Shown piece by piece: positions 12,101 through 24,368 of a stretch of DNA of 64,000 nucleotides (position 1 is the stretch's first letter; every line of letters begins with the position of its first letter). The notes under the pieces are model-generated. The model searched no databases, was not told the origin of the DNA, and saw nothing but the letters and a program-made list of their open reading frames with translations. A program made the position numbers and the translations under genes. The stretch is from Blepharisma stoltei ATCC 30299 (lineage: Eukaryota > Protista > Ciliophora). The stretch spans positions 806,001 to 870,000 of the forward strand of contig CBFDEM010000056.1 of assembly GCA_965603825.1 (NCBI GenBank). Direction: 5' to 3'.

Positions 12101-15100
12101 GAAAGCATCAATGATTGCGAGATAAAACTAGAAAGGGCTGAAAAACTTATTGGTGGTCTTGGAGGTGAACAAGCCAGGTGGACCCACGAGTCAGAAGTCC
12201 TCGCCGGAATGATTGTCAAACTTCCCGGAGATTGTGCCCTTTCAGCTGGTATGGTCGCTTATACAGGAGCTTTTACAGGGACATATCGAGGTGCTTTAGA
12301 AACAATGTGGAGAAATTCCCTCAAAGAATTCGGCATCGACCACACAGACGGTGTAAATATGAGGTCTACCCTTGGAGACCCAGTTGTCCTACAGATCTGG
12401 AAAGCTGCAGGGCTTCCTTCAGACGCAGTCTCAATTGAAAATGGTATTATTATATCCAAAGCCAGAAGATGGCCACTTATGATTGACCCTCAAAACCAAG
12501 CCAACAACTTCATTAAAAAGCTTGGAAAAGACCACGACGAAGGCATTGAGTTCTGCAAAGCTTCAGACTCCAACATTATCAGAAATCTCGGCACTGCCAT
12601 TATGAATGGCAAATGGTTTTTAATAGAAAACGTAGGTGAAGAGCTTGACCCAGCACTAGAATCAGTCCTCTTGCAACAAGTAGTAAAAGAAGGTGCTGGA
12701 TTTTCTATCAGAATCGGAGATAAAAATGTGGAGTACAACAAAAATTTCAAATTCTACATGACGACTACCTTACCAAACCCTCATTATTCCCCTGAAACCT
12801 GTGTAAAAGTGACTTTGCTTAACTTCGCCATCACTCCTGAAGGTCTTGAAGAACAAATGCTCGGAACTGTTGTCGCAAAAGAAAATCCTCAGCTAGAAGA
12901 AACTAAAAGCTTGCTGATCCAGCAGAATGCTAGAGCTCAAAGAGACCTTAAGCAAATTGAAGATTTAATTCTGGAACAGATTTCGAGCTCAGAAGAAAAC
13001 ATTTTGGAAAATAAAGAACTGATTGATACTTTGGCTGCTAGTAAATTAACGTCTACAAATATCATGATGAAGGTAGAAGAAGCGAAGAAGACTGAGCTGG
13101 AAATTGACTCTAAAAGAGAAAGCTATAGACCTGTAGCGTTTAGGGCTTCTTTACTGTTTTTCTCGATTATCAATTTGTCAAATATTGATCCTATGTATCA
13201 GTACTCTTTACAGTGGTTTACAAGGCTGTTTGAGCTTGGAATTGATAATGCTCCGAATCCAGGAGGAATTGATGAAAGACTTACGTCACTAAATGAATAT
13301 TTCACGTATTCGCTTTATCAAAATGTCTGCAGAAGTCTTTTCGAGAATCACAAGCTGCTTTTCAGCTTTATTTTAGTTGTGAAAATTCTTGATGGTTATA
13401 GGCAGATTGACCCTGAAGAGTGGAGATATATGCTGACAGGGCCTCAAGGATCAGTTCCAATCCCTCCAAACCCGACTACTTGGCTTAACGATAACACTTG
13501 GAAAACAATGTATGAAGAAATCCATGGACTTGAAGACTTAAAGATCTTCAAAGGCTTTGAAAGATACTTTATCACCAATATTGACCAATTCCGAAAGATA
13601 TTTGACGCAGTAAACGCACACGAAGAGCCGCTTCCTATAGAATGGCAGAACAAGCTAAACGAGTTCCAAAGAATGCTGGTCCTCAAAGCAATCAGATCTG
13701 ACAAAATGATTTCTGCAATACAAAACTGGGTCACCCTTAAGCAAGGCAGAAAATTCATCATCCCTCCTACTTTTGACTTAGGGCTAATTTACCAAGACTC
13801 AGGCGTAACCACTCCTCTTATTTGTGTCCTGAGTCCTGGTTCTGATCCAATTTCTGCAATTATGAGATTTGCTGAAGAAAAAGGAATGACCAAAAAAATG
13901 ACGTCGATTTCTCTAGGGCAAGGACAAGGTGAAAAAGCCAAGAAAAGTGTGGACGACGCGAAAAGCAGAGGAGAGTGGGTTTTGCTACAAAACTGTCACT
14001 TGGCAGCAAGTTGGATGCCTCAGCTAGAAAAGACCGTAGAAGAGTTTGATGACTCTATACATAGAGATTTCAGGCTCTGGCTGACTTCTATGCCATCTAA
14101 AGACTTCCCAGTCTCTGTCTTGCAGAATGGTATTAAAATGACTATTGAGCCTCCACAAGGGCTAAGATCAAATCTGCTGCTTTCTTATTCTTCAGTAGAC
14201 GATAAACAACTAGAAGACTGCAATAAGATAGAAGCCTTCAAGACTTTGTATTTCGGGTTCTGCTTCTTCCACGCCATCGTGCAGGATCGTAGAAAATTCG
14301 GTCCAATTGGCTGGAATATCCAATACGAATTTACAAATGAAGATTTAGGGGTCACTCTGAAGCAGCTTAAGCTGTTCTTAAATCAAAATTCTGAAATTAT
14401 CCCTTATAAAGTTCTCAATATTTTAGGAGCTGACGTAAACTATGGCGGCCGTGTAACTGACGATAAAGACTGCAGACTTATCGTGACCATCCTTAGAAAT
14501 TACATTTGTCCTGAAGTTTTTGACCCTAATTATAAATTCTCCACATCAGGGAAATACTATGCTCCACCTCTAGGCAAAAAAGAAGACTATGTAAGATACA
14601 TTGAAAGCCTTGACCTAAATCCTGAGCCAGAAGTCTTCGGTTTACACGATAACGCTGAAATTATTACAGCCCAAAACGAGACTCGTAAAGTTTTCGAAAT
14701 CATTTTAAGCATGCAGCCAAGATCTGGGTCTGGGAGTGGTAAAAGTAGAGAAGAAATAATCAGAGAAATTGCCCAAAATATTGAGACTCAGATGCCGAAG
14801 AAATTCTCCCTTGAAGATGTAGCAACTCAGTACCCTACGCAATATAATGAATCTATGAATACTGTGCTGTTCCAAGAAGTTGTGAAATATCAAAGGCTAC
14901 TGCTAGTAATGGAAAGCACCTTGACAAATGTCCAAAAAGCATTGGTTGGGAAGATTGTTATGAGTGATGAGCTTGAACTGATTGCAAAAGCTTTATTTGT
15001 GAACCAAGTGCCTGAGCTGTGGGCGAATGTAGGATTTCTGTCTTTGAAACCGCTGTCGTCATGGTTCCAAGATTTGCAGGACAGAATGAAATTCTTGAAT

Positions 15101-15598
15101 GACTGGATTTCTAATGGAACGCCTAAGATCTTTTGGATTTCTGGGTTTTTCTTCCCTCAAGCCTTTATTACAGGAACTCTGCAGAACTATGCAAGAAAGC
15201 ATGTGATCCCAATTGACCATTTAAGCTTTAGGTTTGAAGTTTTGGATAATTTAAGGGTTGAAGATATCAGAGAAAAGCCAGATGACGGATGCTATGTGTA
15301 TGGACTGTGGCTAGAAGGAGCAAGATGGGATAGAAATCGTCATTGCTTGTCTTGGAGTTACCCTAAGGATTTATACACAGAAATGCCAATCATCCATTTC
15401 CTGCCTTCTGTTGACCGCAAACCGCCTGAGACAGGAATTTATCAATGCCCTGTTTACAAAGTTTTATCTAGAAGAGGTACTTTGTCGACAACTGGCCACT
15501 CAACTAACTTTGTGCTGTTTTTAGAATTAACTTCAAAAGAGTCGCAAGATATATGGATTAGAGCAGGAGTCGCTTTATTCTTAGGTTTAAGAACTTAA
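3167..15598 (+). CDS. DNAH1: Axonemal inner-arm dynein heavy chain, DNAH1-like (4143 aa, no frame-breaking intron)
   Basis: ORFs 3167..3631, 3638..5941 and 6080..15598 share one frame, joined by TGA at 3629 and 5939. P-loops GPAGTGKT, GPTGGGKT, GPTGTGKS and GVGGSGRQS; CFDEFNR; C-terminal CPVYK...RRGTLSTTGHSTNFV. N-terminal PGRTPRKV and LPLEPFDD...PEEW are DNAH1-like. Confidence 0.93.
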
Positions 15599-15645
15599 AT
15601 AATATATTTATGAAAAATATTAAGGAATATTGTAATATTGCATAG

Positions 15646-17139
15646 CTAATCTGGGCTTTTTCTGGCACTCATGAGTTTGGTTAATGATCTCGTGGAAGAA
15701 AGAGCTCCTGCAGTGTTAGGCCTGGTCGACTTATTAGCCAGCGTTGTTGACATAGAGGCGTTTTGGCTTGACCCAAGCCTCCCTGCAATGTGGAATTTCT
15801 GAAAATTTTTATTTTTTTGCAGCACAACTGAATAAGCCTCAGACGCACTTTTCGCGAGCTCTTTCATATTTTCGTAATTAGCTTGATAAACACCTTCTTT
15901 TCTGTTCGCAAACTCACTGTTTTCGTCCTCGTTCCAAGTCCCGCTCTGGACTTTTTTCTTGACCATGCTTTCTAAGCTCATATTTACGTGACAGAGTTCT
16001 CCGATTTTATTCATATACATTTTCCTTTCATTATCAAATCCATCTTCTTTGATTTTCCCTTTGATTTCCATCTTATACATTTTCCTTATCCTTTTATTGG
16101 CTTCTTTCAGCTCAGCTTCTTTTTCTTCAAGCTTCTTCTTATAGTGCTTTACAAGGGCAAGATTTGTGTCATAAGGCTCCTCCTTGGCGAATTCCTGAGG
16201 TTTTTTTAACTTTTTTAAGTCTTCTATTTCTTTCTGCTGCATTGCGACCTGTTTTGTAAGCTTTTGGACTTCTAATTGTTTATTGTCTAGTTTTACTTTC
16301 ATCCTATTGCATTCTATTTCAAGCTTTTGTACAGACTTGGAGCGGTTAGAAATAAGCTCTTGTAACTGCTCCATTCTACCTCCATTATCAACTGTTTTGT
16401 GGAACTGGCGTCTATAGCTTTCAAGCTCCATGGATAGCTGCTTGATTTTTTCTTCATATTGTGCATTTAGAGCTATTATTTTGTGGTACTGCTTAAGTTC
16501 TTTAGAACTTTGTGACATTTCATTGGAATGTTTGACTGTCATTTTTGTCATATCAATTTGATATTTCTTTTCTAGCTCTTTTATGTTTTGTTCTAGCTTA
16601 GGAACTGAAGCAATTTTGTCTTCTTGGCCGAGAATCACTTGTCGATGGCTTTCAATTTGCCCTTTGAGGTCGTCGATATACATTTCTTTCATTTTGAGGA
16701 GATCAATTAAGCTTTGATTGTCTTTTTTTATTTCGTCGATTAGCTCTTTGCTAGATTTTGCGAGCTCTTCTTTTGATTGCTCTGCTTGCTCGAGCTTTGT
16801 TTCTGCACTTTCGAGCTTTAGTCTTAGCTGTTGCTCTTCTTTTGCTTTATTTCGGAGGTCTTTTTCGAGGTTTTGGACGATTTCTTGGTAGTCTTGGATT
16901 TGAGAAAAGACCTGGTCTTTGTCTTGCTGCTGGGCTTGGGATTTGAACTGAAGTAGGCTGTGAATTTTGTCTCTAACTTTTTCGATTAGCTGGATAGGGT
17001 TTAAAGAATTTATATTGGTGATTTCATATGTGTTTATCTCTAAGCCATCCAAATTGCTTATTTGTTTAAAGAGAAATGAGCACAAATCCCTAAGCTCTCT
17101 TTCGATTCTCTGATATCTCTTTTCAGTTGTTTCTCCCAT
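15646..17139 (-). CDS. Coiled-coil protein of unknown function (497 aa)
   Basis: Single ORF from ATG to TAG, E/K/Q-rich, AT-rich flanks. Confidence 0.8.
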   Translation of the reverse strand: MGETTEKRYQRIERELRDLCSFLFKQISNLDGLEINTYEITNINSLNPIQLIEKVRDKIHSLLQFKSQAQQQDKDQVFSQIQDYQEIVQNLEKDLRNKAKEEQQLRLKLESAETKLEQAEQSKEELAKSSKELIDEIKKDNQSLIDLLKMKEMYIDDLKGQIESHRQVILGQEDKIASVPKLEQNIKELEKKYQIDMTKMTVKHSNEMSQSSKELKQYHKIIALNAQYEEKIKQLSMELESYRRQFHKTVDNGGRMEQLQELISNRSKSVQKLEIECNRMKVKLDNKQLEVQKLTKQVAMQQKEIEDLKKLKKPQEFAKEEPYDTNLALVKHYKKKLEEKEAELKEANKRIRKMYKMEIKGKIKEDGFDNERKMYMNKIGELCHVNMSLESMVKKKVQSGTWNEDENSEFANRKEGVYQANYENMKELAKSASEAYSVVLQKNKNFQKFHIAGRLGSSQNASMSTTLANKSTRPNTAGALSSTRSLTKLMSARKSPD

Positions 17140-17411
17140 TTATATCATATATTATGCCAGCCCAAAACTCCTTAAACAAAAACTAATTCTTATAAATCTT
17201 GAAAAGTTTATTTTTTAAATTTAAATTAAAAATATTTCTATTAGCAGAAAAAGTATCAGCCATCTCACTTAACCGTAATTTAATATGTCTAATTATTCTC
17301 CTAATTTAAATTACCCACAAATAGCTTCACCAAATCCGTTTAACAATTAATTCATACGAATTAAACTTAATCCCTTATGGCAACTATAACGTTCTCTTCA
17401 AAAACAATAAT

Positions 17412-19152
17412 ATGGAAGAAGGTAGTAAAACTCTGGTCTCAGAAGGTAATTCCCATTCAGACGATGTCCCTAAATTGCTTTTAGAGTATATTACCCTGTC
17501 TCTTCAGTTTATTGAAAAAGAAGAATTTGAAAATGCTCTTGAAGCTCTTTCACAAAGTGAAGAATTACTTGAAGCAATTACGACACAGTCAGGCTACGTA
17601 GACCCTGATCTTATATTAGTTACCATTCACAATATTGCGCTTTGCCATCAAAAGTATTAAATAATATAGACTAAACCGATTAGAAGAATGTGCTTCATAT
17701 CTCGATGGGTGCTTATTTAACATACGCACCAAAAGAAACCTTCAAAAAGATAAACAAGACTCAAAAGCACAAAACTCTGCTGCTGAAAAGCTAAAATATT
17801 TGAAATACGAATGTAAAGCTCACATACAGCTATGCGCAATCCATTCGCAGTTAAATAAGCATGAGTCAGCATTTTCTCATGCGAAAATTGCAGTAAAACG
17901 AGCACAGTCTATTATACAGTATTGCTACAAGGTCTGTAATAACCATATACAGCGGCAAAAGAAACCAGGATCTTCTATAAAATTCCGATCGAGAAATTTT
18001 GAGCAGTGCAAATATATGGAAACTCCTCAATACCAACACTTTAACGAGCTGATCGTAAAATCTTTTCCTCTGCTTGAATACCTTACTGCAAAATTTGAAG
18101 GAAAAAGAATGATTAGAAGGCAAAGCATGAAAGTCCCAAAATTAGACATGAGAAGCGTTTTAGGTGTACAGCACCATAATGACTGGGTTTATGCGTATAA
18201 TATTGGAGACATGATGGCAATCCAGCTGCTTTCTATTTTAGAGCTTAAAACCAGTTTTGGTGTCCAAGCAGAATTCACTCGAGATCTGATGCTTGACAAA
18301 ATTTTCCTTCTCGTTGTTTCCCATTTTTGCATGGCAACTGAACTGCGGTTTTTAGCATGCTCTGAAAATTCTACAATAAAAGCTAAAGAAGCCCGAATTT
18401 GGCACAAAAAAGCTATGGATTATGCCAAAAGCTACCTACCTGTAGAGTGTCCTCTTTACGATCATGTGAAATCAAGTTATCACAGGAACTATAAAGAAGA
18501 TCTTTCAAACACAATTAACAAAAAAAAAGAAAAAAACTCAAAATCCCAGCGAAAATTAGAGAGTTCGTTTAGGTCAAAACGAGCCAAAACCCCTCATACC
18601 GAGCAAACCAAGTCGCAGTCAAAACTCAGGTCAAGCTCAGCGAAAAATAATTTGGTATTAAAAGAGGAAAACAGAAATCGACTAAGCCAGCGTCACAAGA
18701 CCCCACAGCTTAAACATAGTGTGGGGAAAAACCCACCGAAACCTGAAGAGTTTTCTATAGAGCAGCAAGAAACGAATTTTACTGAGCCAAGTCCGAAAAA
18801 TGAAAAACAGTATAAAATAGACGTTAAACCGGAAAATTATATACATAAACAAAATGATATGTCGCATCCTGTACCTTATGATGAATTGGATGCTAAATTG
18901 AAAAAAATACAGGAGCATTATAACAAACAAAACAAAAACACTTGCAGTGAGGAGAGTGAAGAAATAGACAGAGAAGAAATTATAATAACTTCATATGATC
19001 TATATGGAATCCATTCAGACGAAGAAGATGAAGATTACGAAAATTTCCAAGAATCAGACAGCACTGGAGGGAGAAATGAGAATGAAGGATTTTACTTGAA
19101 AGAAAATAATATGATAGGGAAAATTATAAGTGGGACCGGCGGAGGACATTAG
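17412..19152 (+). CDS. Unknown protein with TPR-like N-terminal helices; exons 17412..17653 and 17670..19152
   Basis: Removing the 16-nt intron 17654..17669 joins ORF 17412..17660 to ORF 17800..19152 in frame (LCHQK|LNRLEECASYLDGCL). Confidence 0.8.
17654..17669 (+). other. 16-nt spliceosomal intron GTATTAAATAATATAG
   Basis: GT..AG ends, A six nt from the 3' end, contains the TAA that ends the upstream ORF; removal restores the frame. Confidence 0.85.
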
Positions 19153-19301
19153 TAGCAAATTGTCAATTTTGAAATATAAGTGTTAAATTTTAACTTATAT
19201 AGTAATATCATTTTAAATCATATCGAAACAATGCTTACTATTATTTTATATTTATTTACAAAATATGATTGGCTTTCGATTATATTAAAAATATATTAAC
19301 T

Positions 19302-21857
19302 CTACCGCATTAAATCTTCTCCAAGTTCATTCTTAATGGTTTGAGCTTCTTCACGAGTAGGTCGATCAATTCCATTTTCTATAATTTTCAGTCTATACTT
19401 TCTTATCCCTGTCATTTTCGACACCTGCTTAATCGTTAAATTTTTCTTCATCCTAATTGCTCTTAAATATTGCCCTGTAATTTCTGCAAGTGGGTCTACA
19501 ACTGTAATAGTCTGAATAACTGTCTTTTTTCTCTGATCAGGAGAAAAATATTGAGTTCCAGACCTTTTCACCCCTCCAATTTCAAACTCATTAATTTTTG
19601 TCATTGTAGAACTTCTCAGCAAATTCATCGAGTCCCATTTATCATCAGCCAGAAAGTTCCTGGGAGTTTCAGCATTAGCAAATAAAGTCGCTGGATCGTC
19701 CATGCCAGTAGTCTGATCAGGGGCAACTGTTGCTTTTTTCGCTGTATATCGCCTTTTCTTTTGCCGAACCACCGGAGGCAAGTCTTTATTAATTTCCATT
19801 TTCCTCTTGCAACAGGCTTCTTGCAGCACAAAAAGTAAGCTTCCTGAGCACCTTGTGACCATAATAAATATTCCTACAATTGCAATATAGTAAAACAACG
19901 AAAACTCAAAGTCAAGCTCCAGCTTGTCAAATAAATTAAAAAAATAAGCAAGTGAAGCGTTACAAGTGACCCAGATAATTGACCATTTAGCTCGGAATTC
20001 TTCATATTCGTCAAGTCTGGCACGCTCTGAGACTTTTAACGGCTCTGTGTCTTTTTCCCATGAAATATCATGCATATTGCAAATCGCATAGGTAAGGAAA
20101 ATATTCACGTGGGTTGGGATCAAAAATATATAGTGAAAAATACCTTTACATACAGTACTTAAAGCGTTGTGAATAAAAAGGTCAAAAAAGAATAAAAAGA
20201 CTATGGCTGCGCAAGCAAGACCAAGCCAATAAATGCCAACAGCAAGTGTAATGAAATCATAAAGTATTATACCAATTGTGAAAAATATATAGCCTCCAAA
20301 GGCAGCTGATAAGATTTTATAGCCGTCTTCTAGTCTTCTGGGTTTAACTGAGAGCGCTAAGATTCAAACTATAATTACAAGGCCAACATATATAAGTATT
20401 ACCCAATTTCCAAATCCTGATTGGTCATAGTCATTTGTGTAGCTTGGGAACACTTTTCTTACGGTTAAAGCCATAGCTAAAAAATAAGACCCAACCAAAA
20501 ACCATGAAAATAGAACTGTGATCATATAATACCCCATCTGCAAAGTAAAGCACAGCTTGCGCAAGCAGTTATGATTTGTTTTAAAAATTTTAGTTGTATG
20601 TCTCAGCATGTCAATCAGCGAAAACCACGACCCATTTATTCATCTCCTGCGCTGTGCCATTAACGCAGCAAGTGATTTTGGAATTTCCACTCCTGCAGCT
20701 GCTTTCCAAACATATCTTAGCTTATAGCTGCTATTCTTTTTTGTTACTAAAGCGTGACAAAGTACTCTATCTTCTGCTAAATAAATATTTGCATGGAAAG
20801 CGTCCATCATTTCTGGGTGGCAAATTGATTTAAAATATTCTTTCCATAGAGGATCTCCTTGTAGCGCCTCTCATCTATATGCACAAAATGCACTTGGCAG
20901 CTTCGTGACAAACCCTGAAAGGCTTTCCAATGTTTTGCCAAAAATATGTTCAAATTTATACTCCACAGCCTGATACCCGCCAACTAAATTCCAGTTATTT
21001 TCTTCTACAGGCTTTATTTCTCCGCAGCATCCTGCTAGATCATTATCCACCTTCAGCGCCTCATATAGATAAAACAGCGATTTGGCTGCAGGCTTTGTCC
21101 CAGCATCCATCAAAAATACAATATTCGGGTTAAACATTTCACAGAACCCTCCAAAAAGCCACAAATGTGAGTTCAATTTTCTCCTTGTTTTCTGCTTTAC
21201 ACAGAAAATCATTTGAAGCCCTAAATCACAGTTATCAAAAAAGGCGTTCTGTATAAAACAATGAGCAAATTCATCTTCTTCGTTTTCACTAGGAATTTTG
21301 CACTCGTGGACATCAGAAACATTGAAAAAGGCTTTGATCCTTTCTTCGTCAAAAAACTGAGCGAAAAAAAATTTTTGCTTTAAATATGTTTCGATGAATG
21401 GTTTCATGCCATCTATAATAACAACGCAGCAGACCTGGTCAGGGGAAATCCCAGCCTTTCTGAACTCTTCTAGATGTCCTGAGATGCCTAGAACGGTGTT
21501 TTTGAAACTTTTTGCATCTTCATCTTGCATGGAAACTCCTATGAGGATTTCAACCTTTGAAGTCATGTTTTCGACGTAATCATATAAAAGTTCGGTAAAA
21601 ATACTCTGCCGAAAATCGCGGTCGGGAGGGATTCAGGTTAGACCTTCAACTTTGCTGAGGCCTCGGATTTGTTGGGTTCCGTAATAGTGATTGGTCATGT
21701 GTTTCATTAGTTTCATGGGCTGGTAAACCATTTCTTCGCTGACTCCTAAAGCTTTGTCTCCGCATTCGTCACCGTTCTCTTCAGTGACTAGCCCATAAGG
21801 GTCTCTAGGAAGTCGGACAACCTTTAATGATTTGATTGTTTTTCGTCTTTGCTGCAT
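19302..21857 (-). CDS. CHS: Chitin synthase (GT2) with C-terminal XRE-type HTH domain (851 aa, 4 TGA=Trp)
   Basis: Four ORF fragments share one frame, joined by TGA at 21633, 20871, 20640 and 20364. Motifs: KQKTRRKLNSHLW, MDAGT, AGCCGEI, QAVEY, LPSAFCAYRW, NIYLAEDRVLC, QRRRWING, TM helices, NMHDISW. TAG stop. Confidence 0.92.
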
Positions 21858-22169
21858 GACTAAAATATATTTATTATTAGCTACATAGCATCGCTAGCTT
21901 TTAAATTAAGTTAGTTTATTTATATTAATTTAAAGGATTAAGTTTTTTTAAGTAATAATAAGAGAATAAACAAAAAATTTTGAAAATTCTTTAAATTTGA
22001 TGGAACGCATAATTTAGAGGAAAATAGGGAGAAGAAAAAATCTTGAGATTGCTGGAATATAAAATAAGTTAGTGTTTTATCCAAGAATATGTTGAGATAA
22101 GATAATCTATGATAAATTTATAGTGTGATCTAGGCATAATATCAGTTTTGAGCATTTATTTTTCAAATA

Positions 22170-23078
22170 TTAATTATTTATCGCTGCATCTCTCAACAGC
22201 GCTAAAGGTCCTATTTTCTTTAAAAATTCCAACTCTTCATTACTTTTTACAAGCATAAATCCCATATAAGCCATAGCGTTTAAATCAAACCTGTTAAAGC
22301 TTCTTTCCTTCTCCCTTGGCACCAGAAGCATTCATTTCTCTGTAAGAATCAGATTATAAGAATGTGACGGATTCAGCAAATTCATCAATTTCTTATAAAT
22401 TCCATGCAAGTGCTCATATGTCGGATTTTTCGGAATCCCATGATAAAAATGCTTGAAATGGAAACAAGAAATTGCAAAAGGCCTCTCGCTTAAATTTTCC
22501 TCTATAACTTTGCCTAATGGAAAGTTTGGTAAGCTTGACCATGGTATAACCTGTATATGTTTGTGTTCTTGAGAATATCCTGAAGCCGGACCGGAGTTAT
22601 AAAACGCAAAAGCCCGGAGTTCTTTACATACTTCTCAGGCCACTCTGAAATCTTTTACTGTTAAAGGCTCTTCTTGCTTTTCAAACTGATAAGTAGCTAT
22701 CAGCACATGTTTGTCTACAACCGGAAACTTATTAAAAAGCAGCCTATAGCTTTGCCCAATATTTCTTATATGAATGCCTTCCTCAAAAGGATAGAGAAAG
22801 GGGTTAGTCTTTTGTGAGTTCCGAGCTGGTTTTTTGTGTTCTTCAAGTTTTACAGAGACTATAAAAGGGATATCTTGATCAATGACTTTTTCGTCCTTTA
22901 CTTTTAATTTCAGTACTGAGGGTGGGTTTAAAGAATAGATAACTTCTCTTAAGTTTTTCCTTGATCTTCTCCTAATTATTTTTCTTAAAGCCAAATAGCT
23001 TGCTGCAATAGCACTAATCGAAGCCAATGTTGCTAAAACATGATACTTTCACTTACGAAAATTAGCTAACAAGTCCAT
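22170..23078 (-). CDS. ATP adenylyltransferase / Ap4A phosphorylase (302 aa)
   Basis: Motifs NPFLYPFE, LFNKFPVVDKHVLI, FYNSGPASGYSQEHKHIQ, SYNLILTEK(W=TGA)MLLVPR and LNAMAYMG; TAA at 22170-22172. Confidence 0.88.
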
Positions 23079-23107
23079 TTTATTTAGAATGGATACTATC
23101 CATTTAC

Positions 23108-24211
23108 TTAATCCCATAGAGAATGAATATGAAGCTTGAAATCAGCAATAAGATTCGGGTGCCAATATTTCTTGTCTAAGCAAAGCTTAAAGTTCTCCAT
23201 TGTGCTCATGTCAGTGAGGGTGACCCAAGTTCTATCGTTCACGTTATCAAGTCCAGTCTGTGGGGTTGGTGGGAGAACTTGTAGATGGGTGACTTCATGA
23301 GCTACTTCTACTTCATGTGACCAAAAGGCTCCTGTTCTTTTAGTAATGAATAAAATATCTTTAGATGCATTGAACTGCATCTTTGACACAATATCATCAG
23401 TAGCTGCATGAAACAGATAAGTGTATCCCAGTGCCATAAGTGGGATAAGAGGGACCACAAATGCAGTCACAGCAATTGACCCAGTAGCTTGCCAAGGCGA
23501 GTCGAAAAGTACAGTCTGCTGCAAGAAGTTTTGGTTAATATTAGCATGGTCGCTTCTGATATCCATAAACTCATTTCCTACTGGATAAATAAATCTGCCA
23601 CTCCAAATACCATGCCACATATTAAAGCCTATATAAAAGAAGCTAGACCAGCCAATTTGCCTGACAAGAACTGCGCCTTGTCCAGCGTCTTTATTTTCAT
23701 ATAAAATATCCCCTTTTTCGAAATCCACATCTGGGTCTGGCTCTCTTGCAGGTTCTTGGACGAAGTGCGACTTGAAATTAGGGTTGTTTAGGTCAGTTTC
23801 GACTTGAAGCCATTTCAAAAGTTGGTCGTTGCCGGTCTCGATATGTTTTCTGTAGTTTCCAAGTCTTTCAGCTAAATGTGGGTATTTATCTTCAGTAGGA
23901 ACTGCTTGTCCATACCAGGGATAGGCTGGAAAACGGCCAGCTCTGCCGTACTTGTTGGGGAGGTTTCTGATTCTGATTTCTTCTGGTTTGCCAGCTTCTC
24001 TTAAGGCTTCTATTTTAGCAACATTTGAATCCAGCTCAGCTAATCTTTCGTCGAGAGTCTTCTGCCTTTCTTCTTGGGGTACTTTTGCCTCAGCTGGAGC
24101 TACCTTTTGGAGTACTTGAGCAATTTTTTTTTCTAATTCATCAGTAGCAGCACCTTGGCTGGTGGCTGCTGAGCTTGTGAAAGCTCTCCATAGTGTTCTA
24201 CGGGCCAACAT
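23108..24211 (-). CDS. Mitochondrion-targeted membrane protein (C-terminal region possibly TMEM70/186/223-like)
   Basis: 367-aa ORF; presequence-like MLARRTLWRAFTSSAA; two hydrophobic segments; no TGA codons. Confidence 0.7.
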   Translation of the reverse strand: MLARRTLWRAFTSSAATSQGAATDELEKKIAQVLQKVAPAEAKVPQEERQKTLDERLAELDSNVAKIEALREAGKPEEIRIRNLPNKYGRAGRFPAYPWYGQAVPTEDKYPHLAERLGNYRKHIETGNDQLLKWLQVETDLNNPNFKSHFVQEPAREPDPDVDFEKGDILYENKDAGQGAVLVRQIGWSSFFYIGFNMWHGIWSGRFIYPVGNEFMDIRSDHANINQNFLQQTVLFDSPWQATGSIAVTAFVVPLIPLMALGYTYLFHAATDDIVSKMQFNASKDILFITKRTGAFWSHEVEVAHEVTHLQVLPPTPQTGLDNVNDRTWVTLTDMSTMENFKLCLDKKYWHPNLIADFKLHIHSLWD

Positions 24212-24368
24212 TATTTATTTAATTGGATATCAAAATGGGATACTGAGACAGCTTATCCATCCAAAAAAGCCTTGTTTTTCTCCTTACCCTGCTTATCTTT
24301 TTATTTACGCTAAAATAATAATTCTCTGTTAACTCGCTTACGGTTTATTTCCATAATTCAAAACAGCA

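Noticed and set aside
4651-14893. Many antisense ORFs within dynein (likewise within Lon, RPL3, fumarase and the EF-hand gene)
   Set aside because: These are S/F/L-rich shadow frames produced by codon bias of the sense gene; no independent motifs.
23034-23057. GTAAGT...TTTTAG 24-nt candidate intron covering a TGA in the Ap4A phosphorylase
   Set aside because: It is outside the 15-16 nt class seen here and is unnecessary when TGA=Trp.
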